64,000 nt of DNA from Candidatus Methylomirabilales bacterium (GTDB taxonomy: Bacteria; Methylomirabilota; Methylomirabilia; Methylomirabilales; CSP1-5): positions 1 through 64,000 of the forward strand of contig JBHIAH010000002.1 in assembly GCA_046758505.1 (NCBI GenBank), read 5' to 3'. Below the pieces are notes generated by a model. That model saw only the letters and a program-made list of their open reading frames with translations, made no database searches and was not told where the DNA came from. Positions within the stretch are counted from its first letter, which is position 1, and the number at the start of each line of letters is the position of its first letter. The translations under genes were made by a program, and so were the position numbers. Shown here piece by piece: positions 9,611 to 19,185 of the stretch.

Positions 9611-10096
9611 TCACCCCTGGGGAACACCGCGAAGCCATGTCTCGAGGATGGCCACCAGTATGAAAAACACAAACACAGCGGCAAGGGAAATCAGTCCGCT
9701 GATCAGGTACTTGCTGAGCGGCGTGCGTTCACTCCGGAATATGCGTGCACTGGAATACGTCGCGGAGACACCGATGAGCCCTCCAAGCGCGCCACCGGCA
9801 AAGACCAGGATGATGGGCACACCCATCCAGACATATTCGTACCAAGTCAACGGCCGCGCCAGTCGGAGCTCTTCCCCATCGATTTCGAGCCCTGGCACAG
9901 GGTCCAGAAAATTGCCTTTTATCTTTATCGTGACTTCTTTGCCGTGGGCATCTCGCACTCTGTACGTACCCCGCTTTCCCTCCACGGGATTGCCGTTCGA
10001 GAACAGGCGAGGTCCACGGAAAAAGCCGGCGGTTTTCACGCTAATCCTTCGCCCGTGAAGTCTTGCGTGGCCGACAGCTAATTCCATATCTCGCAT
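9611..10096 (-). CDS. Membrane protein of unknown function
   Basis: Soluble N-terminal half, then a GGALGGLIG glycine zipper and further TM helices. Confidence 0.7.
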   Translation of the reverse strand: MRDMELAVGHARLHGRRISVKTAGFFRGPRLFSNGNPVEGKRGTYRVRDAHGKEVTIKIKGNFLDPVPGLEIDGEELRLARPLTWYEYVWMGVPIILVFAGGALGGLIGVSATYSSARIFRSERTPLSKYLISGLISLAAVFVFFILVAILETWLRGVPQG

Positions 10097-10155
10097 TCCC
10101 CCCGCGATCTCCCCCTCTGGCCCCCGCGATTCCCTCCGGGCCATTCCCCGGGGCG

Positions 10156-10189
10156 CCTCAGTATTGCCCACCGGATCCGGGGTGTCAAG
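10156..10189 (-). promoter_or_regulatory. sigma70-like promoter element, copy 2 of the 34-bp duplication
   Basis: Same as 2346-2379; the spacer holds the palindrome CCGGATCCGG. Confidence 0.65.
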
Positions 10190-10258
10190 GGTGGTGAGGG
10201 AGGTCGATGAAGGTCCGAGGAAGCCCTTAACTGATTACGAATTAAGCGTATCTTCGAC

Positions 10259-10274
10259 TGGCATAATTTTTGCT
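10259..10274 (+). promoter_or_regulatory. sigma54 -24/-12 promoter
   Basis: TGGCAT-AATTT-TTGCT upstream of the RDD gene. Confidence 0.65.
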
Positions 10275-10460
10275 ATCTCGAGTTGGGGGGAGTACGACGC
10301 CCCCCCCCGGAAGTCCCGAGAGGAGTCGTGGAACTAAGCGTGAGGTGTCCCGTGGCCCGAAGGGAGGGCCCCGGGGGTCTGGGAGGGCATCAAGGAAAGG
10401 ATCATCCCGAACGTCCTCTATCTCCTCGGGTACGTTTCGGGAGGAAGGCCAAAGCAAAAG

Positions 10461-11360
10461 ATGGAAAATGACAGCGTCTGCGAGCTGTGTGGTACGCCGG
10501 CCGCGTATCACCCCGATATTGTACTATGCGAGGCATGTGAGAAGGAGCTGAACAAAAAACCAGAGCGGTTGCCGGACGTACAGGAACAGACGTGGAGCAG
10601 GCCGGATACCCAACTCCCGCAGATCTCCTACCCCAACCTTATCACGAAGAGGATTCGCGCCTTTTTGATCGATGGACTCCTCGTGGCCACGATGAGTCTG
10701 TTGCTGGGTGGCGGATTCTGGTGGCTGATTGCAATTGGTTATCTTCTGGTGCGCGATGCCTTGATCGGCGGGCGCAGCATCGGCAAGTTTGTGGTCGGTC
10801 TCGCCGTCATGGATCATCATGGAAGCGCGTGCACCCTCACGAAGTCCATTGTACGAAACTTCTTTCTCCTGCTTCCCGGTGTAGTCGTTGAGTTCTTTGC
10901 CATGGCCTTTTCCAAGAGTGGATGGCGCCTGGGAGACCGTCTTGCGAAAACGCAAGTCATCGATTTCCCACCCCCGAGAATACGGGGCGCATGGCTGCTG
11001 CTGCTCGCCTTGTTTGTGATTGTCCTCGGTAGAACACAAGAGTGGCACTGGCCCTGGTGGCCAGACTTTTTGAACGGCAAGGAATTCAGCATACAGACAA
11101 TCCTTCATCACGGCGGCACAAATGACGCAGGGAGTATTACCGTTCCCGACAGGGAGTCACGTGCGGGGAGTGAAAGATACATTATTCACTTTCGAGACAG
11201 GCAAACAATCGCGGTTGAGGATTACTGGGAAAGGGGCGACGAAATCAAGTATCAGAGGCTTGGTGGTATCGTTGGTGTTCAGCGCAACAAGGTCGCCGTG
11301 ATTGAAAAGAAAGTCGACGGCACGCTGAAGCAGTATAACCCCTTCTTCCGCAAACAGTGA
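10461..11360 (+). CDS. RDD-family membrane protein with an N-terminal CxxC-CxxC motif and a C-terminal soluble domain
   Basis: CELC...CEAC; KRIRAFLID; SIGKFVVGLAV; RLGDRLAKTQV. Confidence 0.85.
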   Translation: MENDSVCELCGTPAAYHPDIVLCEACEKELNKKPERLPDVQEQTWSRPDTQLPQISYPNLITKRIRAFLIDGLLVATMSLLLGGGFWWLIAIGYLLVRDALIGGRSIGKFVVGLAVMDHHGSACTLTKSIVRNFFLLLPGVVVEFFAMAFSKSGWRLGDRLAKTQVIDFPPPRIRGAWLLLLALFVIVLGRTQEWHWPWWPDFLNGKEFSIQTILHHGGTNDAGSITVPDRESRAGSERYIIHFRDRQTIAVEDYWERGDEIKYQRLGGIVGVQRNKVAVIEKKVDGTLKQYNPFFRKQ

Positions 11361-11552
11361 AGAGACAGGCTCCGAAGACTCCAAGAGAAAGCACCCGCCC
11401 TCCCCTCACCCTGGGTTGCCGGTGGGCCGTCGGGTGTGCCGGAGGGGAGTGAAGGGGGACGTCTACACCGGATCCATCTTGCTCCTCCGAAGGGGCCTCG
11501 GTATCCTTCAGCACGGAAAGACGGGCAGGAGTTCGCCAGGGTGGGAGGGGCG

Positions 11553-12152
11553 GTGAGTTGCTCGCGCGCCGCGTGCGGCCGGATTGTGGGGATAACGCTC
11601 ATCTTCGAGGGCGGCCTCCTCGGGTTGGCGCTGGCCTTGGGTTGGTGGGCGGGACAGCCGCCTTTCGCGCACATGGACCTGCAATGGCACGCCATTGTCC
11701 TGGGGATAGTCGCCACCGGGCCGCCCCTTCTGGCAATGTGGGGGTGCGCCCGAGCGTCCTGGGGACCTCTGCGCCGCCTGCGGCAGGAGGTATTTGAGAA
11801 GATCGTCCCGCTCTTCGCCGAGTGCTCGTCTTTGGAGCTGACCCTCGTCGCGGTCGCGGCGGGCCTGGGCGAGGAGGTCCTCTTCCGCGGTTTCATCCAG
11901 ACCAGCCTGGCCGATTGGGTGGGCCCGCCCGGGGCCCTCTTCCTTGCCAGCCTCCTGTTCGGCCTGGCTCATTTTCTCACGCCGACCTATGCGGCCATCG
12001 CGGCACTCGTCGGCTTCTACCTCGGCGGGCTGGTGATGGTCTCCGACAACCTGCTGCCCGCCATCCTCGTGCATGCCGGCTACGACCTCGGGGCCCTGCT
12101 CTACCTCATCCGGATCCACCACCTCCGGCAGCAGGCCCACACCGCACCCTAG
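11553..12152 (+). CDS. CPBP (CAAX/Abi) intramembrane metalloprotease
   Basis: EEVLFRG, FGLAH, ILVHAGYD. Confidence 0.9.
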   Translation: MSCSRAACGRIVGITLIFEGGLLGLALALGWWAGQPPFAHMDLQWHAIVLGIVATGPPLLAMWGCARASWGPLRRLRQEVFEKIVPLFAECSSLELTLVAVAAGLGEEVLFRGFIQTSLADWVGPPGALFLASLLFGLAHFLTPTYAAIAALVGFYLGGLVMVSDNLLPAILVHAGYDLGALLYLIRIHHLRQQAHTAP

Positions 12153-12229
12153 GCCGATAAAGCGGGCCCTCTAGTCCGACCCATATTTACCGCACCTCAC
12201 ATGCCGAAAAAGTAGCCGGCCTCTTTTTC

Positions 12230-12735
12230 CTATCGTCCCGCCGCGGGGTACAGACGCTGCTCTTCCCGCAAAAACTCGCCCCGGTAGGGATCAATGGTGA
12301 AGACCTGCCGGTTATGGAACGTAACCCGGTACAGGAAACCGGTATGACGGAGAATCAGGCGGTCTCCCTTGCGCAGGCGAAAGATCTGGACCAGGCGGAC
12401 GTACGCGTTCCCTCCGACATCCTCGGAGTAGTCCACCGCCCGCACATTCCACCCGAGAAACGTGAAGCCAGCACGCGCGTAGAGCGTTCTGTAGTTCTGC
12501 CACTCCGCGCGCACCTGCCGGAGGAATGCCGCGTGCCCCACCCCGCCCGGTACTGAAACGCCTCTTCGAACCGCTTTTGGCCGAGGAGGGCCATATAGCG
12601 GTAGAAGGCATCAACCCCTGGATGCGCGGGCGGCGGTCCTTCGTAGAGACCAGATGACGGCGCGGCCCCGACGCGGCCGGCGAAAAGGAGCCACAGCAGC
12701 CCCATCAGCATCACGCGCCCGCTCCCGCGTCGCAC
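12230..12735 (-). pseudogene. Frameshifted secreted-protein gene
   Basis: Signal-peptide frame (...AFQYRAG) continues in another frame (VGHAAFLRQ...); one extra G in the G run at about 12541-12544 joins them. Confidence 0.6.
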
Positions 12736-12988
12736 CCGCCTCCTTCCCTTGTTCACGTGGACGGAAAGGTCATGATTCAAGACTGCACCCCCCATTCTCC
12801 GCACATCGTTCCCCTCATCCTGCCCGGTCCTGAATGGGCCTCAGTATCCGTACGCCCCTCTCTACCGGCGTGTCGAGCCGCCGATGCCGATCTTCCTGGC
12901 AGCCTCCTGAACGCACAACGCCCCCCACGCTGGTTTATGCCCGGGCGGCCGTCCCCGTGCCCGCTCCGCCCCGGGTGGTCCGGTCGCC

Positions 12989-13936
12989 TCATTGTGCTTT
13001 CGATGTGCCGATGTATTGGTCGTAGAGGGGGTTCGAGGGATAGACCGCTTTCCCCCTTACGGAGAGGAACTCGCCCGGGACGAGTGAGATCTGCTCACTC
13101 GGGGTCAGGGGGCGGACAAACTTTACCTTTTCGTCATCCGACCAATTCTCAGCCTCCGGCGGCAAATACCCGTTCTTCACCATCCAGCTCACGATCCATA
13201 TCCGCTTCCTGCGTTTCGTCATGTTGGGTCCCAAGTCCACGCGCCCCAACCACGTTCTCACTTTCGGTGCGGTGACCAGTGCCTGCCCCCCAAAGAGATC
13301 TCGCAGGGCATCCAGGGCTGCCTGGCTTTTCCCGAGCTGGCACCCTCGGATGATGACTCGTGTCCGGTTATCCGAGCCATCTCTGCCGACAAAAAGGGCC
13401 GCAGACTTGCAACTGATCCCGATCTTGCCCACCCAGTCCTTTGACTGGATTTTCCCGATGTCATCCGGGGCGACCCATTTCGCCCCGTTCTCCTCCATCG
13501 GAAAGTATAACCTCCCCTGCTCGTCGGCATGGGAGATGATAACCACCTGACCGATTTTGTCCCGCTTGTCATCGGACACCCTGAATTCTACCCGGCGTGA
13601 TATACGAATCAAAAGGTCGCAGAGGCTCTGTGCACGAACGACTTCGTGCGTTCCTGAGTAATAGACGGTCGCAAACCGGTTCCCCTCTTTGTAGAACCCG
13701 TCCGTCCCCATGATAAAGACAAAATTGAATCGGGTAGGATCAGGGGCCTCGTAGGGAGTCTTCTTCTCATCACTCTTTTGGGCTTTTGTTATTTGCGCAA
13801 GGAGAAATGGCGTTTTCGACAGGGCTTTTTCGAATGGGGACGTCCCGGTTTCGGAGGGGAACACGATCTGGTCTTCCTGGTTCGTTTCGATCATGGTGCT
13901 CACCTCGTCAGCTTTCCCCCTCACGACCGTGATCAT
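12989..13936 (-). CDS. Hypothetical protein with a possible caspase/CHAT/DUF4347-like His-Cys dyad
   Basis: VVIISHA and VIIRGCQLG each follow a hydrophobic strand; last gene of a tight operon. Confidence 0.75.
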   Translation of the reverse strand: MITVVRGKADEVSTMIETNQEDQIVFPSETGTSPFEKALSKTPFLLAQITKAQKSDEKKTPYEAPDPTRFNFVFIMGTDGFYKEGNRFATVYYSGTHEVVRAQSLCDLLIRISRRVEFRVSDDKRDKIGQVVIISHADEQGRLYFPMEENGAKWVAPDDIGKIQSKDWVGKIGISCKSAALFVGRDGSDNRTRVIIRGCQLGKSQAALDALRDLFGGQALVTAPKVRTWLGRVDLGPNMTKRRKRIWIVSWMVKNGYLPPEAENWSDDEKVKFVRPLTPSEQISLVPGEFLSVRGKAVYPSNPLYDQYIGTSKAQ

Positions 13937-13949
13937 TCGTCCATCCCGG

Positions 13950-14711
13950 CTATTTTTGCCGCCCCTCTATTCCATCTATTTCCGCGTAAAATGCCGTGAG
14001 CAGATCATGAAATCCCGTCCGAACGATCTGACACTGCATCACATCCGCGTGGCCCGTGATGAAAGGTCCCAGCTTTTCACGGTCCTTCCAGTTTGTGTTG
14101 ACGAACCAGATATGGAGCAGCTCATGAAACAGGACCACCGCCATCCGCGACTTTCCCTGCGTGTGGGTATAGCGAATATTGCAGTCCCACGATCCCCCAC
14201 GGGTATTCGGCCACCTCTCCCCGTCCGCCAGCCGTTGCCCTTCCCGCGTGCGTATTCGCGTTTCTCCCGGGAGCGTTTCGGTCGATAGATCGAACTGGTA
14301 GATGATGGTGACCCGGTATTTTTTGCTTCTTTTCGCCGGGTGAAACCTGCCCAACGTCACCCCGTCTTCCTGGTTTGTTACAAACCGGTCCCCGAAACCC
14401 AGGACGATCTTTGTGATATGCGTGAACCGATTGAGCCCTTCAAGTACCGAGGCACCCCCTCTCGTGCTCAGAAACAGCTCCTTTGTTTGATCGATGAGCC
14501 TGTTCTTTTCTTGATACTGCAGGACGCCTTCGATCGGCCGCACCACCTGGATCAATGTGTCCCAGATGGATCGCACGCTTCTCTGGGAGGTGGCCCCGCG
14601 CTGGGCTTGTGCCAGGAGGGACTCGTCCCTGAAGACGGCGTCGACCTTGTCGTATTGCAGAGTATTTTTCGTCTCGAGGCCCTTCTCATACAAGGGAAAG
14701 CCATCGCTCAT
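13950..14711 (-). CDS. Putative zincin-like metallopeptidase
   Basis: VVLFHELLHIWF (HExxH) with a downstream TGH. Confidence 0.75.
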   Translation of the reverse strand: MSDGFPLYEKGLETKNTLQYDKVDAVFRDESLLAQAQRGATSQRSVRSIWDTLIQVVRPIEGVLQYQEKNRLIDQTKELFLSTRGGASVLEGLNRFTHITKIVLGFGDRFVTNQEDGVTLGRFHPAKRSKKYRVTIIYQFDLSTETLPGETRIRTREGQRLADGERWPNTRGGSWDCNIRYTHTQGKSRMAVVLFHELLHIWFVNTNWKDREKLGPFITGHADVMQCQIVRTGFHDLLTAFYAEIDGIEGRQK

Positions 14712-14738
14712 GATTGTTCATCCCCTCTCGACGCCTGT

Positions 14739-17282
14739 CTACTCGGACGGCTCGGTCTCGTCCCCATCGATGTTGATAATGACCTTGCCATCGGCCCGCC
14801 CCCGCGGATCGGAATAATCCCCGGTTTCGACCCGTTTCCCGTACCGTGCGGCCTCGGATTCCTCCTGCTTCGCCTTGGCGTCCTGCACGCGCAGGTCGAT
14901 CAGACGGCTCTGCTGGATAAACGGCTCACACACGTCACACTCTCCCAGGACCGCCTCGTCAACGGTCCCCGGCGTGGGGAGCGTCACGAGTTGCGGTTCG
15001 CCCGGCTCGGCCGAGATCCCATTCCTCATCTCTTCGAATTTCACCCATGGTTCGACGGCCTCCAGGTCGGTGAGGCGATAGGCCGCCTTATGACCCAGGA
15101 GGCCGAGTATCTCGTTCTGGAGGATTGCGGCGACATTGCCATAGCTCTGCAGGCGCAGAAAACGCTGATCGCGATGCTCGCGCAGCCACATCGCCTGCAG
15201 ATAGTGGAGCAGGTTGTCGTGAATGTGACATTGCAGCTGTTCAAAAGCAACCCGGGCCTGGGCGATGTCCATGGTTGAAAAGCCTTCCTTGACTTCAACG
15301 TCTTCCATCTCCTGGGGCGGGGGCCGTTCCCAGATATCGGTTAACTTTTCAGCCGCGGCCTTCACGGCATTGTAGAGGCCGGCATCATCGGAGATCAGAT
15401 CAACGATCTGGTTGCCCAGGAGGGCGTCGACCAGTCCCGAGGGAACTCCGATGGCCTCCAGACCCTTTGCCAGGTGCGCATACACGACGTTATACTGGTA
15501 GTCTCTCGGCGTGACGGCGGCGAAGAAACTTCGCAAAGCGTCGCTCGATTTGACCCTGTCGTTCTTACTATCGTCCCCCAACTTTTTCACGGCGTTGACG
15601 GCGGTAATGTTTCCCTGAAGCATTCCGAGATACAGCACGCGACGAAGCGGCGTCACCCCCACCTTAGCCGCGACACAGGTGGCCCAGCCAAGCGCCCCCC
15701 CGAAGAATGCGGCGGTCTTGCATGCGTTGCTGTCTGCCGCCTTTTTCACCTTGCGGAGGGCGCCGTTCAGCGTGGCATAGGTCCCGAGAATGGCCTCGAC
15801 GTGTTCCCGGAGGCCCTCCTGCAACGGCTCGGGGACGTCGCCCTTCGCCTTGGCTTTCTCCTTTTTCATATCTAGGAACACCTCGTGGGTCTCCAGGATC
15901 CTGGCGGCCTGGAAGCCGGGGAGATACACCTTATCCAGCAACGCCTCTTTGAGGATTCCCTCGTGGCACAGGACCCAATTCGGCGTCACGCGAACAGCGG
16001 GATTCGGCAGGAGGAGACAGGGCGTGACCGAAACGAGTCGGGTCGTCACCAGGTAGTTAGACATGACCTCGAAGTAGTGATAGCTCAGCGTGTGACAGCG
16101 GTTGGTATTCGACACCACGCGGGTTTGTTTCTGTTCTCGACCCACTTCTCGGGAGACCTCTATCCGGAGCTTCCGGGACGTCTTCAACGTGTGCGCCGCC
16201 TCGACCGTTCGCTCGCGGGTCTGTTCCAGTGTCTCTGTCAGGGTCTTATTTAATTTTTCAGAGGTGCCGGCACCCCCGAGATCCACTGTCGTTTGCGCCT
16301 TGGGAATGGGCACCTTGAAGTTGAGATCGAAGTGCGAGCCGGTATGTTCCCCGATTTGACGCACGACGGTGAGCACATCCCGCTGAGTCAAATTCTCGGT
16401 CACGCGCAACTTGGACTCCTCCGCAAGCTCTTCCTCGCTCTTGATCGTGCTTTTGTCCCACGAGTGGATCTCGACGGTCAGTGCCTCCCCCGCCGCGAGG
16501 CTGATGGTGTTGATCAACTCTCCCCGGGTGTATCCAACGGGCCTCCAGACCTGCTCGAAGGTGACCAGGAGTGCAAAGTGTGGATGGGGAGCCTTGAACG
16601 GCTTGTAGGGCCCCGGGAGGAAGAGTTTGTCGAAAATGTCGCGCCAATGGTCGACCATATCGGTAATGCGCGGAGAGATGTCGTATTCCGAGATCAGGCC
16701 GGCCCCCCGCAGCGGTTCCACGGCGCTCAAGACGGCCTGGCTTTGCTGCTCTGCGAGCCAGCCCGCATACTCGGTCCGCAATTCGCCCTCGGGAAGCTCA
16801 AGGTTCGGAAGGCCGAGCGTCGCGAGCTTTGGGCGCGGGCGCGCCACTGCATCAATCGCCCCGAGCACACTGTCGCCACCATCGGGCACGTCGGGGGTGG
16901 TGTCGGGCTGAGGAAGGTGCCGTCCGATATCCCGCAGCGTGTTCCGGATCGTGTCAACGGGGGCGTCCGGCACCGGGAGGCTTTCCGTGGGCATGTCCTT
17001 GGCCAGATGGTCTGCCAGCGGGATTACGATGTTCTCCACAATCGTTCCGCGGGGATCAGGCACTGGGCTCCGGAGTCGGTACGGCGGCAGAATCAGGTAC
17101 TCAGGCTCGTTCGATAACCGCGGGTCCAGCTCCGGATTGCTGAAAAGGGTGAACTGGGTGAAGCGCACAACCTGGGGATTCCGATCGATGGGCAGATCCG
17201 TCGTACATCCTTCGATGGTGCTCGGGGTATACGTCCCTTCCACCACCTCTTTGGCCAGGGACTCGGCGGAATGTGTGCTCAT
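14739..17282 (-). CDS. Large uncharacterised protein (847 aa)
   Basis: Long ORF with AAGGAG RBS; motifs SLAAGE...W, NTNRCHTLSYHYFEV, LPTPGTVDEAVLGECDVCE. Confidence 0.88.
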   Translation of the reverse strand: MSTHSAESLAKEVVEGTYTPSTIEGCTTDLPIDRNPQVVRFTQFTLFSNPELDPRLSNEPEYLILPPYRLRSPVPDPRGTIVENIVIPLADHLAKDMPTESLPVPDAPVDTIRNTLRDIGRHLPQPDTTPDVPDGGDSVLGAIDAVARPRPKLATLGLPNLELPEGELRTEYAGWLAEQQSQAVLSAVEPLRGAGLISEYDISPRITDMVDHWRDIFDKLFLPGPYKPFKAPHPHFALLVTFEQVWRPVGYTRGELINTISLAAGEALTVEIHSWDKSTIKSEEELAEESKLRVTENLTQRDVLTVVRQIGEHTGSHFDLNFKVPIPKAQTTVDLGGAGTSEKLNKTLTETLEQTRERTVEAAHTLKTSRKLRIEVSREVGREQKQTRVVSNTNRCHTLSYHYFEVMSNYLVTTRLVSVTPCLLLPNPAVRVTPNWVLCHEGILKEALLDKVYLPGFQAARILETHEVFLDMKKEKAKAKGDVPEPLQEGLREHVEAILGTYATLNGALRKVKKAADSNACKTAAFFGGALGWATCVAAKVGVTPLRRVLYLGMLQGNITAVNAVKKLGDDSKNDRVKSSDALRSFFAAVTPRDYQYNVVYAHLAKGLEAIGVPSGLVDALLGNQIVDLISDDAGLYNAVKAAAEKLTDIWERPPPQEMEDVEVKEGFSTMDIAQARVAFEQLQCHIHDNLLHYLQAMWLREHRDQRFLRLQSYGNVAAILQNEILGLLGHKAAYRLTDLEAVEPWVKFEEMRNGISAEPGEPQLVTLPTPGTVDEAVLGECDVCEPFIQQSRLIDLRVQDAKAKQEESEAARYGKRVETGDYSDPRGRADGKVIINIDGDETEPSE

Positions 17283-17341
17283 CCCATGTCTCCTTTCTTA
17301 CGACTGGTCTTTTCTGAGAGGGACAATGCGCAGTGGCCTTT

Positions 17342-17387
17342 AAAAACAAAACGCCCTCGCAGGCCATGCTCCGCCCGCGAAGGCGTC
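17342..17387 (-). terminator. Intrinsic terminator/attenuator in the leader of the 847-aa operon
   Basis: Minus strand GACGCCTTCGCGGGC-GGAGCATG-GCCTGCGAGGGCGTT then TTGTTTTT, about 60 nt before the ATG. Confidence 0.7.
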
Positions 17388-17517
17388 ACAGTTTTCCGAT
17401 ACACCCACCTGTGTTTCGGGGGTGGGCCGTAAGCTATGGGGGTCACCCCGGATTCATATCTTCCCTACCGACGGGAAGGAAAAGTGCGCGTCACTCGATA
17501 CCGGTTACTGCGCGAGG

Positions 17518-17546
17518 AATCTAGCGTCTTTCGGAGGGGATGTCAA
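17518..17546 (-). promoter_or_regulatory. sigma70-like promoter for the 847-aa operon
   Basis: TTGACA-17 bp-TAGATT on the minus strand. Confidence 0.65.
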
Positions 17547-17654
17547 TCCGAAGTGAAGGGGGGTGGACAGCCCTTCGACTGGGCTCGGGGCGAGCGGAGG
17601 GTGGAGGGTGGAGCGATGGCCCAGACCAGCCAGGAAGCGGAGCCGTCGCCGGCG

Positions 17655-18911
17655 TCAGGATGGCGGCGACGATTCGAGCGGTTTCGCCGATGCCGTAAGC
17701 GGGACGGGTCCCTCGCGGATCCAGGCGATACAGAGGACCGCCGCTCCCATAAGCCCAAGACAGAGGCGGAAGGCCCAGGCAAAGGCCGCGGGCGGGTACA
17801 GCCGGGCCCCCGCCTGCATCGCCCCCTGCCAGTTTAGATCGAGGACGAGTCCCAACAGAACCTGGAGGACGGCGGCGCCCAGAAAGCCCCCCGTATTGAC
17901 GGCGGCCAACGCGACGCCGACCCGTTCGGGCTGCTGCTCTTTGATGCAGGAGAGGCAGAGGAGGAGGCTGCTGCCGAAGAAGCCGAACGCAAAGAGATAG
18001 GGGCCAAGACGCGACACCGGTAGAACGTTCGCAGCGGGACCGATCCAGAAGAGGGTGTAAATGGACCCGGCCAAGAGGAGGGGTAGTTTCCGCTGCTGGA
18101 AGAGCCGGTCCGAGAGAAAGCCGATGACGGTCCCCCCCGCGATGAAGCCGAGCAACCCCAGGGAATTGAGCGTCCCCGCCTCGGCACGGGTGAGCCCGTA
18201 GACCTGCATGAGATACGGGGGACCCCACAGGGCAAAAAAGGCGAGAAAGGTCCCCGTGATCCCCACCTTGGCGAAAAAGACGGGCCAGGTCTCCGGGGCC
18301 TTGAGCACCGCCCAGAGGGGGCCGAGGACCCGGGTCTCCGTCACGACGGGGGACGGGGCGGCCCGATCGCGAATCAGCCCGATGCAGCCGAGACCGATGA
18401 CGGCCGTCAGGATGCCCACGCCGTGAAATCCCCACCGCCATCCCACGGCCTCCACCACGTGGGCGAAGGGCCCGCTGGCCACGAAGCCGCCGAGGAAGCC
18501 GACGGTCGTGGTGAGGCCCGTCATCGTCGCGAAGAACCGAGGGGGAAACCAGTCGGCCAGCAGCTTCAAGATGTTCACGAACACCGCCGCCACCCCGACG
18601 CCGATCAGGAATCGCCCCACGTAGGCCATGGTCAGATTCTGGGCGGCCCCAAACACGAGCGAGCCGACGGCCATGATCACGGCGCTGGCGGTGATCGTCC
18701 GGCGCGGTCCCCAGGTGTCCGCGAGGATCCCGGCCGGAAGTTGCAGGAGGGCGTAGAGGTAGAAATAGAGGGAGGAGAGCCCGCCCAACCCGACCGCCGC
18801 GATCGCGAAGGCGGCCATCAGCTGGTCCGAGATGACGCCGAGGGCGAAGCGATGGAAGTTCACCAGCAGGTAGAGGGCCGAGGCGGCCACCCAGATCATC
18901 CATTTCCGCAT
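17655..18911 (-). CDS. MFS transporter
   Basis: About 12 TM segments; GILADTWGPRR and GFLSDRL motif-A copies. Confidence 0.93.
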   Translation of the reverse strand: MRKWMIWVAASALYLLVNFHRFALGVISDQLMAAFAIAAVGLGGLSSLYFYLYALLQLPAGILADTWGPRRTITASAVIMAVGSLVFGAAQNLTMAYVGRFLIGVGVAAVFVNILKLLADWFPPRFFATMTGLTTTVGFLGGFVASGPFAHVVEAVGWRWGFHGVGILTAVIGLGCIGLIRDRAAPSPVVTETRVLGPLWAVLKAPETWPVFFAKVGITGTFLAFFALWGPPYLMQVYGLTRAEAGTLNSLGLLGFIAGGTVIGFLSDRLFQQRKLPLLLAGSIYTLFWIGPAANVLPVSRLGPYLFAFGFFGSSLLLCLSCIKEQQPERVGVALAAVNTGGFLGAAVLQVLLGLVLDLNWQGAMQAGARLYPPAAFAWAFRLCLGLMGAAVLCIAWIREGPVPLTASAKPLESSPPS

Positions 18912-19185
18912 AGGGCCTCTCATTCGAAGGGACGCAGCCGGGGATTATAGCAGGAAAGGGGAGGTTGCAGAAGCTCGCAGAGGGATTTCGGCGGATCGTG
19001 CGCCGCGATTTCCCGGTTTCGCGGGCACCATCCCTTATCCGAGCTTGACGGAGCCGGTGTGCGGTTCGACCCGCGCCGTGCGGCTTTCACCGCCGAAGGG
19101 ACCCGCAACAGTGTTCGCCTGAAACGGGAGCGGGAAGTCGAGTGGTCGAGAGCGGAGAAGAGAGAGCGAGGTGATCGCAGATGCG

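Noticed and set aside
17400..17470. Resemblance to the c-di-AMP (ydaO) riboswitch (TGAATCC, GGGGTGA, CCCGAA)
   Set aside because: The conserved CAGCTAAC 3' element and overall layout are missing; kept only as an unknown leader
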